The notes beneath the pieces are model-generated. The model had not been told where the DNA came from. It ran no database searches and saw only the letters and a program-made list of their open reading frames with translations. The translations under genes and the position numbers were made by a program. From an uncultured Nitrospiraceae bacterium (GTDB lineage: Bacteria; Nitrospirota; Thermodesulfovibrionia; Thermodesulfovibrionales; Dissulfurispiraceae), in the NCBI GenBank assembly GCA_963727805.1, contig CAVSHF010000003.1, forward strand, positions 2,176,001-2,240,000: a DNA stretch of 64,000 bases, given 5' to 3'. Shown piece by piece: positions 51,370 to 60,378 of this stretch; the first letter of the stretch is position 1, and every line of letters starts with the position of its first letter.

Positions 51370-52641
51370 TTATTGATACATTTTCGACCCGATCTTTGAC
51401 GTCAAATCCCCGAGCATGTTCGTATAGCTCCCGAGTTCGTTGTCATACCACCCGTAAACAACCGCCTGCGTGATCGGAATTTTCACGATGGGGCCCACTC
51501 CTTCGGGCGCTGTTCCCTTTGCATAATGCCTGCCGATATCGAGAGACACGACCGCCGTCCTCGTATGGGTCTCATTGCCCTCGATTATCACCGCAGGGCC
51601 GAAGCAGCCGATGATATCCGAGGAGACATTCTGCTCTTCCGTATATTTGATATATCCCTTTATTTCCCTCTCTGCGGCGTCAAGGTATATCTTGTTGATA
51701 AGGGCGCGGTTGATGAGCGGATTGTCCTCTTCGTCATACATGGCGATAACCAATATTATCAACGATCCGGTCGCTATCGGCACCCTGACCGACTGGGCGA
51801 TAAAGCCAATCCTGTTCATCTCGGGCAGAACAAGTGCAAGGGTTTTAGCGGCGCCGGTGCTCGTGAGGATGATATTGTTCATGATGCTTCTGTTTTTTCT
51901 GAGGTCTTTCGCTCCTTCCTTTGGGAGCCGGTCAAGGACTTGCTGTGATCCGGTAGAGGCGTGGACCGTAGCCATAGAGAGGCTCAAAATTTTGCCTGGA
52001 CCGAAATAATCGAGGAGTGGCTTCACGATATAGGCAAGGCAGGTAGTAGTGCATGAGGCTGCTGAGATGATATGATGCCGTCCGTGATCATAGTCATTGT
52101 CGTTGATGCCTGCGATGAGCGTCACGGCATCGTCGGGAAACGGAACACCTTTCTCTCTGATCTTAAACGGGGCCGAGACGATCACCTTTTCAGCGCCTGC
52201 CTCAAGATGGCCGCGGGCCGAGCCGCTCCGAGCGTCGGGCGTTGCCGTGGGGTCGGTGTATTTCCCCGTTGCATCAACAACAAGTTTGACGCCATGCTTC
52301 CTCCACGGTATCTCTTTGGGATTGCGCGTCTCCCTCAAAATAGTCACTCGTACGCCATCGATCACCATCGTCCCCTTTTCTTCATCGAGATGCGTGATCA
52401 GCCGTTCTGCACGATAACCATACAGATAGGTATGGAGCATTCCATAGGAGGAATCCTTCTCAATATACAAAGCAATGTCTTCGAGCTTCGTCCCGACCTT
52501 GCGTCCTATATTCACAACGATCTCTGAAAATTGTTTCCGCCCTATGTGATGCCAAAGCGTGAGCTTGCCGATTCTTCCAAGACCATTGATACCGAGGACG
52601 GGCTTTTTCTCAAAAAGCATCGTCACAACTTTCTCCGCCAT
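51370..52641 (-). CDS. Atypical long GAPDH-family dehydrogenase (423 aa)
   Basis: GINGLGRIG, ASCTTT catalytic Cys, TVHAST, STGAAK, RVP, WYDNE; several insertions. Confidence 0.85.
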   Translation of the reverse strand: MAEKVVTMLFEKKPVLGINGLGRIGKLTLWHHIGRKQFSEIVVNIGRKVGTKLEDIALYIEKDSSYGMLHTYLYGYRAERLITHLDEEKGTMVIDGVRVTILRETRNPKEIPWRKHGVKLVVDATGKYTDPTATPDARSGSARGHLEAGAEKVIVSAPFKIREKGVPFPDDAVTLIAGINDNDYDHGRHHIISAASCTTTCLAYIVKPLLDYFGPGKILSLSMATVHASTGSQQVLDRLPKEGAKDLRKNRSIMNNIILTSTGAAKTLALVLPEMNRIGFIAQSVRVPIATGSLIILVIAMYDEEDNPLINRALINKIYLDAAEREIKGYIKYTEEQNVSSDIIGCFGPAVIIEGNETHTRTAVVSLDIGRHYAKGTAPEGVGPIVKIPITQAVVYGWYDNELGSYTNMLGDLTSKIGSKMYQ

Positions 52642-52693
52642 ATTATCCCCCCACTATGTTAATTGGTATTTATCGGTTTATTCAAAAACCAGT

Positions 52694-55600
52694 TCACGTC
52701 AACGGCATGACCTCTTTTGCCTTGTGCATCCCAAGGTAGACTGACCCATTCCTTCCGTCGATGCTGAGGAAATCACCCGCCTTTATCGTCTTGCGGTCCA
52801 GCCTGCATTTCTTCTCGTGCTCAAGAACGACAAGCTTGTTACATCCTACAACGCAGGTCTTTCCGAGCCTGTTGGCGATGATGGCGGCATGCGAGGTCGA
52901 GCCTCCACGCGCAGTGAGCAGCCCATCGGCAGCCGATATTTGCCTTATGTCATCAGGCACCGTATCGGATCGAAGGAGAATCACCGGTGTTGACGGGTCC
53001 TTTCCCTTGAATGTACGTATATCCTCAAGGTCGAAGGCAACCTTTCCACTTAATGCTCCGCCCCCCACCCCTATTCCGTTCGAAAGATATCCGGCCGAAA
53101 GTTCCGGTGAAGGGATGAATGCCATGAACGCCTCTCCACGCGTAATGGCCATGTCACGGGCCTGAAGAATATGAAGATTTTCTGGGTCCCCCCCTTCGAA
53201 GGTGAATTCAATTTCCTGAGCACCCCAGCCCTGCTCGTAAATGAGATCTTTCATTATCCTAAGGAGGTGATAATGGATGGCCGGAAACAGGTCTTCCAGT
53301 GAATAATCATTAGCCCTCTCCTCCATGCGTTTCTGCTCGTTGGATATGGGCAGTGTCTTCACCAGACCAGCTACGATATCTTCTCCTTGCGCACCCGTCA
53401 TAAAGTCACCCCACAACATGACCCTGTCACCGGGCTCACGGGGATTCCGCGTAAAGAGTACCCCCGTGCCTGCCCCAGTGTCAAGATTGCCGTAAATCAT
53501 TTCCTGTACGATAACGGCGGTCCCCCAGTTTTCGGACAGACTGAGTATGTCACGATAGTCCTTTGCCTTCGCTGACATCCAAGAACTGAAGACCAGATCA
53601 ATTGCCCCGTGAAGCTGCTTTATAGGGTCATCCGAGACCTCTATGCCCGCATCTGCCACTATTTTTTTATAGGCGAGAGCAACTCCTTTCATCTGGTCGG
53701 GACTAAACTCAATCTTAAGTCCGACCCGGTATTTCTTTTTGTATGAATCGATGACAGCGTCGAAGGCATCTCGCTCCATACCAAAAGACATACCCCAGCT
53801 CTGGAGAAAACGACGGTAGCAGTCCCAGGCGAACCAGCCCTTCCTCTTTTGCCTGATCAGCCCCTCGACAATGCTCTCATTTATCCCGACATTGAGCAGG
53901 GAATCCATCATCCCCGGCATCGAGATCGCACCGCCGCTCCTCACCGAAACAAGAAGAGGGTTATCGGGATTGCCGAAGAGTTTACCACTCCTCTCCTCAA
54001 GATGGCGCAGTTCTGCTTCAATACACTTGTTGAGATGTTCCGCTGCATAGCTGAAGCGACCGATAGCCTCGCGACAGCGAAATACCTCGGTAGTGATGAT
54101 GAAACCTGGTGGGACCTTAACCCCAAGGGCGGCGAGCTTAGCAAGATTGTATCCCTTATTGCCAAGATGTATCCGGTCGCTTGTAGCACTGTTAGGACTG
54201 TGGATATCCGACAGTGCTCTTTTCTGATCATAGCTCATGAGCAGGTCGAGGTTACTCATATCGAGTCCGCCCCCCTGCTCGAAAAGGGTCTTCAGGATCC
54301 TACTGATAAAGACATCGAGCTGCTGAAGACTTAAAGAAGAAGCAACGGTTTCTCGCAGGAACTGTTCTGCGATTTTATTGATGAATTCGAACTCGCTATG
54401 TCCCTGTGCAGCCTCGCCGTACCTGGACAGCATATTGCTAACTCCTATCTGGGGAATGATGACCTTCAGGGTGCCTTTGTGAATACCGCTGCAATAGGTG
54501 TTGACGATATCCTGCACCGCATCAGCAAACCCCCGGAATATATCAATGTACTGCGAGAAGGAAAATCTTTTTACCTCAAGTGAGCCCGACAAGAGTTCGA
54601 GGGTGTTTTCGAGTCGGTTCGATGAGATTCCGTCGAGTCTGAGGGCTCTGAAGAAAAGGTTCGCATACTTTTCGATCTCGACAAGAGTCGCCCGTGTTAT
54701 ATAAGTCAGGTTGATCGAATTGATCAACTCCTCGAAATAGATATTAGCGAGATTTTCTAGCCTATAGGTCATCGAGAGGGCATTGAATTTCTTTTCAATA
54801 TACCTGCCGTACATAGAAGGGATACCTGCGGCGATATGCCGTTTGCGAGCGATGTCCTCGATTGCCTCAAACTTCTCCGGCGCGAGAATGATGTCCTTGA
54901 GTTGCTCAAGGTAGTCAAGGACAGCCGAAATCCTCTGCTGAGGCCCTCCCTGTTCGAGAACGGCGATGAGCGCCTCAGCGGATGGAAGCCCCATACCGGC
55001 GGATTGTTTCAATTGCTCCCCTATGTCCTGCGAAGTGAGCCTGTATTTCGCATAGAGCATCTGGTAAAACCTGATAGCAAGCCAGGCGCGTCTCTTTTCA
55101 TTTGGGCTAACATCCAAATCTTTAATCGATGCGATAATTTCGGCTTCTGAGTAGCCGAGAAGGTCGGTAACACCGGTGATTGCTTTCCAGTTGACAAAGG
55201 TTGTGAAAATCAGATGGAGGTCGTCGACAAAGGGTCCCGATTCGCTTATCCGGCCATGGATATCTTCGGGCAGAAAATGGGCGAGCGGCCTTTTATCCTT
55301 TGTGAGCCAGAACCTCATAACCTCCTCGGCAAAGTCGACGATAACCGAACTGCTTTCTATGTGACTATGTTTACGGAGAAAACGGATGAGCGGGTCGGCT
55401 GTGCGGGTTGCATCATCGAGGGCAGTTGAAACCTCACGCAGTTCGCCCTCCGCATTGATGACGTTAAAATAGGCTGGAAACACCTTGGCGAGCTGTTTGA
55501 TGATATGGTAGACAGGCTTGATGTCGCTGTTCAAGAGTTTCGTGATGTCCTTCTGAAAGAGGTCGGTGTCGACTATGTTCACTCCTGCCAGCGTAAGGTT

Positions 55601-56875
55601 GATCATAAGTGCCGATATGAGCACTTTCGACCACTTGGGATTCATAGCGATTAGATCGAGCCAGACACGGATATTTTTCAGATGTGCCTTGTTTGATACC
55701 AATTGCCATTCATCGGTAATCCCTTTGACGTTTGGATACTGGAACCCGAAAAAGATGATCTGACGGCCGAACCATTCGACGAAAGCGCTCTCTCCCGAAT
55801 TATATATTTCACATCCTATGAGCTGAATACTGTGCAGAGTTATAGCCGGATATGCCCTAAAGGCTTCTTTAAGAGCTTTTATCGGCGTAGCCAGAATCGC
55901 CTCCATCCGTGGCATCTGTGGCCGCCCGACGGATCTGATAAAAGCTGCGAGGGTTCGGCCCATCTCTCGAATTGAAGACTCATGAATATCTATAAGTCCT
56001 TCTGCTTTCAAGATGTCCATAAGATAAGTGGTTTTGAGCCTGAAGTCTTTCAGATCGTCTCCCGTACCGGGTAGCATGCCGATAACATCTTCATAATAAG
56101 TAGTTATCTGCGTGAAAGAAGGCAGCTTAAGCATTTCCTCAAGCGCTGAGTAACTGTCTTCTACTCCTGAACCACCGATCCCCTCAAGATGCTTTTTCAA
56201 TCCTGTCAGGTTTCCATGTGCGACGGGAAAGAACAACTCATTGAGTTTATTTCTCTCTTTTACAGTTAAAGAAACGTCTGTGACGTCCTTTAAGCAGTCC
56301 GCGGGGTCTTCCTGTTTTAACCAGTAAGCGTAAGTTTCCGAAAGATATCTGAAATAGAGAGAGTTGAATGGACGAGCATCGAATCCCTCGGATCGCCTGT
56401 CGAGTATAAGCCGGCCTGCCTTTTTCAGCTGATGGGGATTTGAAATCACAGGGAAAAACATCTCTTGCGGCAGTTGCCTCAAAGCATCGCTACATTTCCG
56501 CACAGCAGGATCATATTCTTCGAGCTTCTGCTTGCCGTCCATGATGATCTTTTCGAAATAAACGAGGAGACCGTCAAGGGCGGCTGATGCCGTCTTTTGC
56601 CCAGAGGCTTTAACGGCTTCGAGGAAAATATCGATGATGGTCTGAATCGCCTCGATTCCCCGTTCATGGTGGTCGTGGAGCGAAAAGTTCTTCAGGGCAT
56701 ATGCGCGGAGTTCCTTCAGCAGAATAGGCCAGTTCCTAGTCTCTTGTTGCAGTTCATGAAACAGGGGAGTGGTGCTGCCCAGAACCCCTGGATACTCGCT
56801 CACAACCTCCTGCAAGATTGAGTAATCTGGTGCGGGCGGTACTTTGATTCCTGAGTCTATTTTTGGCGGATTCAT
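52694..56875 (-). CDS. PPDK-like dikinase with large N-terminal domain, lacking the C-terminal PEP/pyruvate-binding barrel (1393 aa)
   Basis: GNKG (~aa 905), VSVRSG, SMPGMMD, QGEDIVAG, EIEF, LQAR, then swivel GGSTSHAA (His ~1329); protein ends about 64 aa later. Confidence 0.88.
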   Translation of the reverse strand: MNPPKIDSGIKVPPAPDYSILQEVVSEYPGVLGSTTPLFHELQQETRNWPILLKELRAYALKNFSLHDHHERGIEAIQTIIDIFLEAVKASGQKTASAALDGLLVYFEKIIMDGKQKLEEYDPAVRKCSDALRQLPQEMFFPVISNPHQLKKAGRLILDRRSEGFDARPFNSLYFRYLSETYAYWLKQEDPADCLKDVTDVSLTVKERNKLNELFFPVAHGNLTGLKKHLEGIGGSGVEDSYSALEEMLKLPSFTQITTYYEDVIGMLPGTGDDLKDFRLKTTYLMDILKAEGLIDIHESSIREMGRTLAAFIRSVGRPQMPRMEAILATPIKALKEAFRAYPAITLHSIQLIGCEIYNSGESAFVEWFGRQIIFFGFQYPNVKGITDEWQLVSNKAHLKNIRVWLDLIAMNPKWSKVLISALMINLTLAGVNIVDTDLFQKDITKLLNSDIKPVYHIIKQLAKVFPAYFNVINAEGELREVSTALDDATRTADPLIRFLRKHSHIESSSVIVDFAEEVMRFWLTKDKRPLAHFLPEDIHGRISESGPFVDDLHLIFTTFVNWKAITGVTDLLGYSEAEIIASIKDLDVSPNEKRRAWLAIRFYQMLYAKYRLTSQDIGEQLKQSAGMGLPSAEALIAVLEQGGPQQRISAVLDYLEQLKDIILAPEKFEAIEDIARKRHIAAGIPSMYGRYIEKKFNALSMTYRLENLANIYFEELINSINLTYITRATLVEIEKYANLFFRALRLDGISSNRLENTLELLSGSLEVKRFSFSQYIDIFRGFADAVQDIVNTYCSGIHKGTLKVIIPQIGVSNMLSRYGEAAQGHSEFEFINKIAEQFLRETVASSLSLQQLDVFISRILKTLFEQGGGLDMSNLDLLMSYDQKRALSDIHSPNSATSDRIHLGNKGYNLAKLAALGVKVPPGFIITTEVFRCREAIGRFSYAAEHLNKCIEAELRHLEERSGKLFGNPDNPLLVSVRSGGAISMPGMMDSLLNVGINESIVEGLIRQKRKGWFAWDCYRRFLQSWGMSFGMERDAFDAVIDSYKKKYRVGLKIEFSPDQMKGVALAYKKIVADAGIEVSDDPIKQLHGAIDLVFSSWMSAKAKDYRDILSLSENWGTAVIVQEMIYGNLDTGAGTGVLFTRNPREPGDRVMLWGDFMTGAQGEDIVAGLVKTLPISNEQKRMEERANDYSLEDLFPAIHYHLLRIMKDLIYEQGWGAQEIEFTFEGGDPENLHILQARDMAITRGEAFMAFIPSPELSAGYLSNGIGVGGGALSGKVAFDLEDIRTFKGKDPSTPVILLRSDTVPDDIRQISAADGLLTARGGSTSHAAIIANRLGKTCVVGCNKLVVLEHEKKCRLDRKTIKAGDFLSIDGRNGSVYLGMHKAKEVMPLT

Positions 56876-57408
56876 TTCCCTTCTCCGTCAGAGAAAAAGT
56901 TGGATTAATACAATTATATAACGGAACTGTCAGATTCCACATTTATTCTCCGCTATTTTTTACATCAAGGATCATAAATCATGATCTCGTTTTTCAACTC
57001 TATATGCAAGCCAGTTTGAAATATCACGACTCTTAAGCGATAAGTACGTCCGAAAATTCACCCTTATCTTGACCATTGTGTTCTGTATATTGTCTGCATG
57101 CTGGCTTCTAGGACACTACACGGATATCGCTGCACTCGACCCGAAGAAGGCGAAGATAGCCTTGATCGTTGAGACTGACTCCCGAGGCGAGGGTCATCAT
57201 ATCTACCCCGAGATAGGAATACATAGTCAAACGTTATTGATTCGTATTCCCATCCTACGGAACATGATAACCTCATATCTTAACCGCAGGGGGGCAGAGG
57301 AAGGTGGGAAAAGAGAATTTCTCACTGCACCGGGTCGAATGGACAATATGGGTTAATTTCCTATTCATAGTCGGATCGATTATCTACGACTGTAGCACCA
57401 AAGATAGT

Positions 57409-57448
57409 AAAAAGCAGACAGTGGCGGAAGAGGGGCGTCACTGTCTGC
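57409..57448 (-). terminator. Rho-independent terminator of the exporter/4-Cys operon
   Basis: On the minus strand GCAGACAGTGACG-loop-CGCCACTGTCTGC followed by TTTTT. Confidence 0.7.
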
Positions 57449-57484
57449 CTGCTTATCTCTCTGCAAAGTGTATGCGATCAATAC

Positions 57485-57691
57485 TTAAGAAGCCAACTTC
57501 TGGAAATCCTTGCATGCTCTCCAAGGTGAAAGGAATAATTCATGAAGGCTGCAGACCCCGGATTCAGCCCACACTGACCCGTAGGCGGAACTGAGGGAAT
57601 TAAGCCCGGGGAAGGTGCTCTCAATCATTGCGGACCGATTATCAAAATATTTGCAATTTACGCATTTATCTTTCATATGATCCTTCTGCAT
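57485..57691 (-). CDS. Small 4-Cys protein with HiPIP-like spacing (C-x2-C-x33-C-x12-C)
   Basis: CVNCKYF...GVCSLH...ACKDF; directly downstream of the exporter gene and upstream of a terminator. Confidence 0.7.
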   Translation of the reverse strand: MQKDHMKDKCVNCKYFDNRSAMIESTFPGLNSLSSAYGSVWAESGVCSLHELFLSPWRACKDFQKLAS

Positions 57692-57734
57692 TCATGTCCT
57701 TACCAAGCTCTAATGCGCCTCTCCGGCAGGCATG

Positions 57735-59165
57735 CTACTTGCCCAGTTGAGACCAATAGTCCCCGAATACATAAACGGACAGTATAAAACCGAGCGTCAC
57801 ATTTACCAGGACACCTATCGTGAAGGAGATGAAAGGCTTCCATCCGGCTGACTTGAGTTCTTTGAATCGCGTCGTAAGCCCGATGCTCATGAAGCAGAAA
57901 ATAAAGGCCCATGTGCGAAGCCCTGCGATGGGTCCAAAGACCCCTGGTTTAAAAACCTTATTGAAGTCCGTTGCCGAATAGCCAGTTGCTATAATGGTCA
58001 TAACGAGCGACGCCAAGAAAAATCCTAACACAAACTTCGGGAACCTCCACCATATCTCCATGGCGCTCGGCCTTACCCCGCACTCCTCTTTCTCCCATTT
58101 GAGGCAGGCGATCAACGCAAAGACAAATGACCAGATACCTATCCAGATGTCCCTACCAATGACCTTCATTAATGTAAATCCCTGAATGGCCGCGTCCTCA
58201 TTGCCTGCCATTTTCCCGTAAGCACTGGCAGCGGCAAAACCGGCGGCATCTGCAAACTCTGATGTCCCCACCCATGCTCCAGCTATTCCGGGATTAAGAT
58301 TAAGCGTCTTTGAAACAAATGGGATAAAGAATACCATGACTATAGCCCAGACAACTACGAGGGTAACCGAGGTATATAAATGCTCCTTTTTCGCGCCAAC
58401 CGCGCTTGCGATGGCCATGGAGCCAGAAACGCCGCATACGGCGCCTCCTGTGCCGATTACTGCTGCAAGCCGCTTATCGAGCCCGAACAACTTCGTTGCT
58501 GCAAAGTAAATTGTCAGGCAAGTCGTAAGCGATATTAGCGTTGCCTGAAAGAGAGCAATCGGTCCCGCTGACGCTACAAGGTTTAGGGGGAATGTTGCGC
58601 CGAGAAGGACAATGCCCGTTTTAATATAGTATTCCACTCTGAAGCCGGAATCCATCCATTTAGGAAAGGGAAAAACGTTTGCTATGATAAGCCCTACTAA
58701 AAGCGCCGCAATCGGTGGCTCCAGCATCCACCTGCCCGCGTCCTGCCATCCGCCAATCAAAAAAGCTAATATTGATAAGAAATAGAGAATGACGAATGCC
58801 GGAATAAACTCCGACGTCTTTATACGCATTATCTTGGTGGTAATGCTGAATATAACCAGCCAGAACAGAAATTGTATGCCGTATAGACCTATATTATTTG
58901 AGAAGTGCTCAACTACCTTACCGAAAGAGTTGGACGTCCATTTCAATCCCCCTGGATTGATTGCAAGCGATTTTGCAAATGTCGAACCGTTCAAAAAAGC
59001 GAGAAGGCAAAGCAGCGCAATGCCAAAGCCTACATAGATAGCCCACCAATCCTCCTTTAAATATAACTCCTTCCAGCCCATTTCCTTGGACTTTGGCGAT
59101 TCCTCAGCAGCACACTTCTTTGTTTCGCAGTAGTCTGTTGTGGGTCTTAATGGATCATCAGACAT
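57735..59165 (-). CDS. YeiH/UPF0324 putative sulfate exporter family transporter
   Basis: EDWWA, IKTGIVLLGA, AVCGVS, GAWVG, KVIGRD..IG, RFPKFVLGF, SIGLTT; AGGAG RBS. Confidence 0.88.
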   Translation of the reverse strand: MSDDPLRPTTDYCETKKCAAEESPKSKEMGWKELYLKEDWWAIYVGFGIALLCLLAFLNGSTFAKSLAINPGGLKWTSNSFGKVVEHFSNNIGLYGIQFLFWLVIFSITTKIMRIKTSEFIPAFVILYFLSILAFLIGGWQDAGRWMLEPPIAALLVGLIIANVFPFPKWMDSGFRVEYYIKTGIVLLGATFPLNLVASAGPIALFQATLISLTTCLTIYFAATKLFGLDKRLAAVIGTGGAVCGVSGSMAIASAVGAKKEHLYTSVTLVVVWAIVMVFFIPFVSKTLNLNPGIAGAWVGTSEFADAAGFAAASAYGKMAGNEDAAIQGFTLMKVIGRDIWIGIWSFVFALIACLKWEKEECGVRPSAMEIWWRFPKFVLGFFLASLVMTIIATGYSATDFNKVFKPGVFGPIAGLRTWAFIFCFMSIGLTTRFKELKSAGWKPFISFTIGVLVNVTLGFILSVYVFGDYWSQLGK

Positions 59166-59197
59166 AGTTTTTCTCCTTTTTCTTGAATTAAATAAAT

Positions 59198-59217
59198 ATC
59201 ATACAAAATCATACAAA
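59198..59217. promoter_or_regulatory. Perfect 10-bp tandem direct repeat upstream of the exporter, candidate operator
   Basis: ATCATACAAA ATCATACAAA, starting 33 nt upstream of the exporter ATG. Confidence 0.4.
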
Positions 59218-59379
59218 AAAGCAATAGCCGGTCCACAGATGTTTAAACAGGTGCTCTAATGTTTTACTGAGATATTATAGAATTCGGCAATAGTGTTGAC
59301 CTTTCAGGATTTCAAGAAATACTGATTGTCTCAGATTTAAAGTAATAAAATCACAACGAATTGTCAATAAGTCACTTAC

Positions 59380-59950
59380 CAGGAGTTCCCAAAAAATTCC
59401 ATGCGCTGGACGGAAATCGCGTGGCTTGTCCCGTGTCCCGTGGCTGCGGTCTTAAGATTCGTCCTGGATATCGCCTGAAAATGCTCGTTAACCCATCAGC
59501 AATGCTGTAATAGTCAAACTCCCGGATCCCGAATACTCGTTTCGATTCCTTAAATACATAACCAGCCATTACTTAAGGTTCGATGCCGTATCCAACGACA
59601 CTGCAACAAAATATGCTGCAGCGCACCAGCGGCATCATATTCTGAGGGCTCTGATAGTTCACACCCTGACATCTTCGAGTTCGTAATTCTGATTTATGTA
59701 GCGTATCGTCTCCTATAGAGCCCATCTGAGAATGCACACCACAATACCTTCCGACTCCTCCTCAGAGGCTCCGCCGTCAGCAGCAGCATCGGCTCATGCC
59801 CAAATCCTCGCACCACTAACAATCCGAGATTCTCCTCCCTACCCGGAAATCTCATGCTCCGATATCCAAATTCAATATAGTACACCTTCTTTTTTCGGTC
59901 ATCCACTTTCAATACTGTCTCGGCGTACAAGGGCGGACAGGCTTCACCAA
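59380..59950 (-). mobile_element. Degraded DDE transposase remnant (IS4-like), C-terminal part only
   Basis: Frameshifted pieces LLVVRGFGHEPMLLLT, QNYELEDVRV, KRVFGIREFDYYSIADG; candidate terminal IR CAGGAGTTCCCAAAAAA at 59380. Confidence 0.7.
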
Positions 59951-60025
59951 ATCTGCATAATGGTGGATAGATTCATAAAGAGGAGCGAACTTTCATCAAT
60001 AACCCTCAAAGAAATATTGAGGCAT

Positions 60026-60193
60026 CTACGATTTCTTGCTTGTTTTTGCGAAAAAACCTGTTATTTTTCTTTCAACATGATCACTTCCACAGTGTGGACA
60101 TACGATCTTTGGAACAGCTTCATATTCTTTGAGTGAAAGAAAAATGACAAACTCCTTTAAACAATCCTTACAAGCATAGTCATATGCAGGCAT
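60026..60193 (-). CDS. FmdB-family zinc-ribbon protein (55 aa, below the ORF-track cutoff)
   Basis: GGGAGG RBS; MPAYDYACKDCLKEF...VCPHCGSDHVERKITGFFAKTSKKS. Confidence 0.88.
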   Translation of the reverse strand: MPAYDYACKDCLKEFVIFLSLKEYEAVPKIVCPHCGSDHVERKITGFFAKTSKKS

Positions 60194-60378
60194 TTGTCCT
60201 CCCTTCAGTCCTGTAATGAATCTTTTTCGAACACTACAAATTTATACCTCAGGATGTAACTAGGCACTCAGGGGTAACGCTTGCCAACATTTTTACGAGG
60301 CTTGTTGCCAACGTGACCACAGGAAAGAACCCGCCAACCCTGTCCTTATTATTATTTGTCGTTTGAACTGCCCGGATA

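Noticed and set aside
52694..56875. Annotation as ordinary ppdK
   Set aside because: The C-terminal PEP/pyruvate-binding barrel is absent, so the gene symbol was withheld
57064..57480. Short ORFs 57069..57356 and 57304..57594
   Set aside because: No RBS or recognisable motif, and one crosses a terminator and a better-supported gene; may be decayed DNA but cannot be supported
60043..60060. CAGGTTTTTTCGCAAAAA as the second terminal inverted repeat of the IS remnant
   Set aside because: It lies inside the coding sequence of the zinc-ribbon gene (TGFFAK) and no target-site duplication is visible
60281..60338. TTGCCAAC / TTGCCAAC / CCGCCAAC spaced 24-26 nt apart, as a mini-CRISPR or sigma54 site
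   Set aside because: Repeats are only 8 nt, no cas genes are present, and the -24/-12 spacing does not fit
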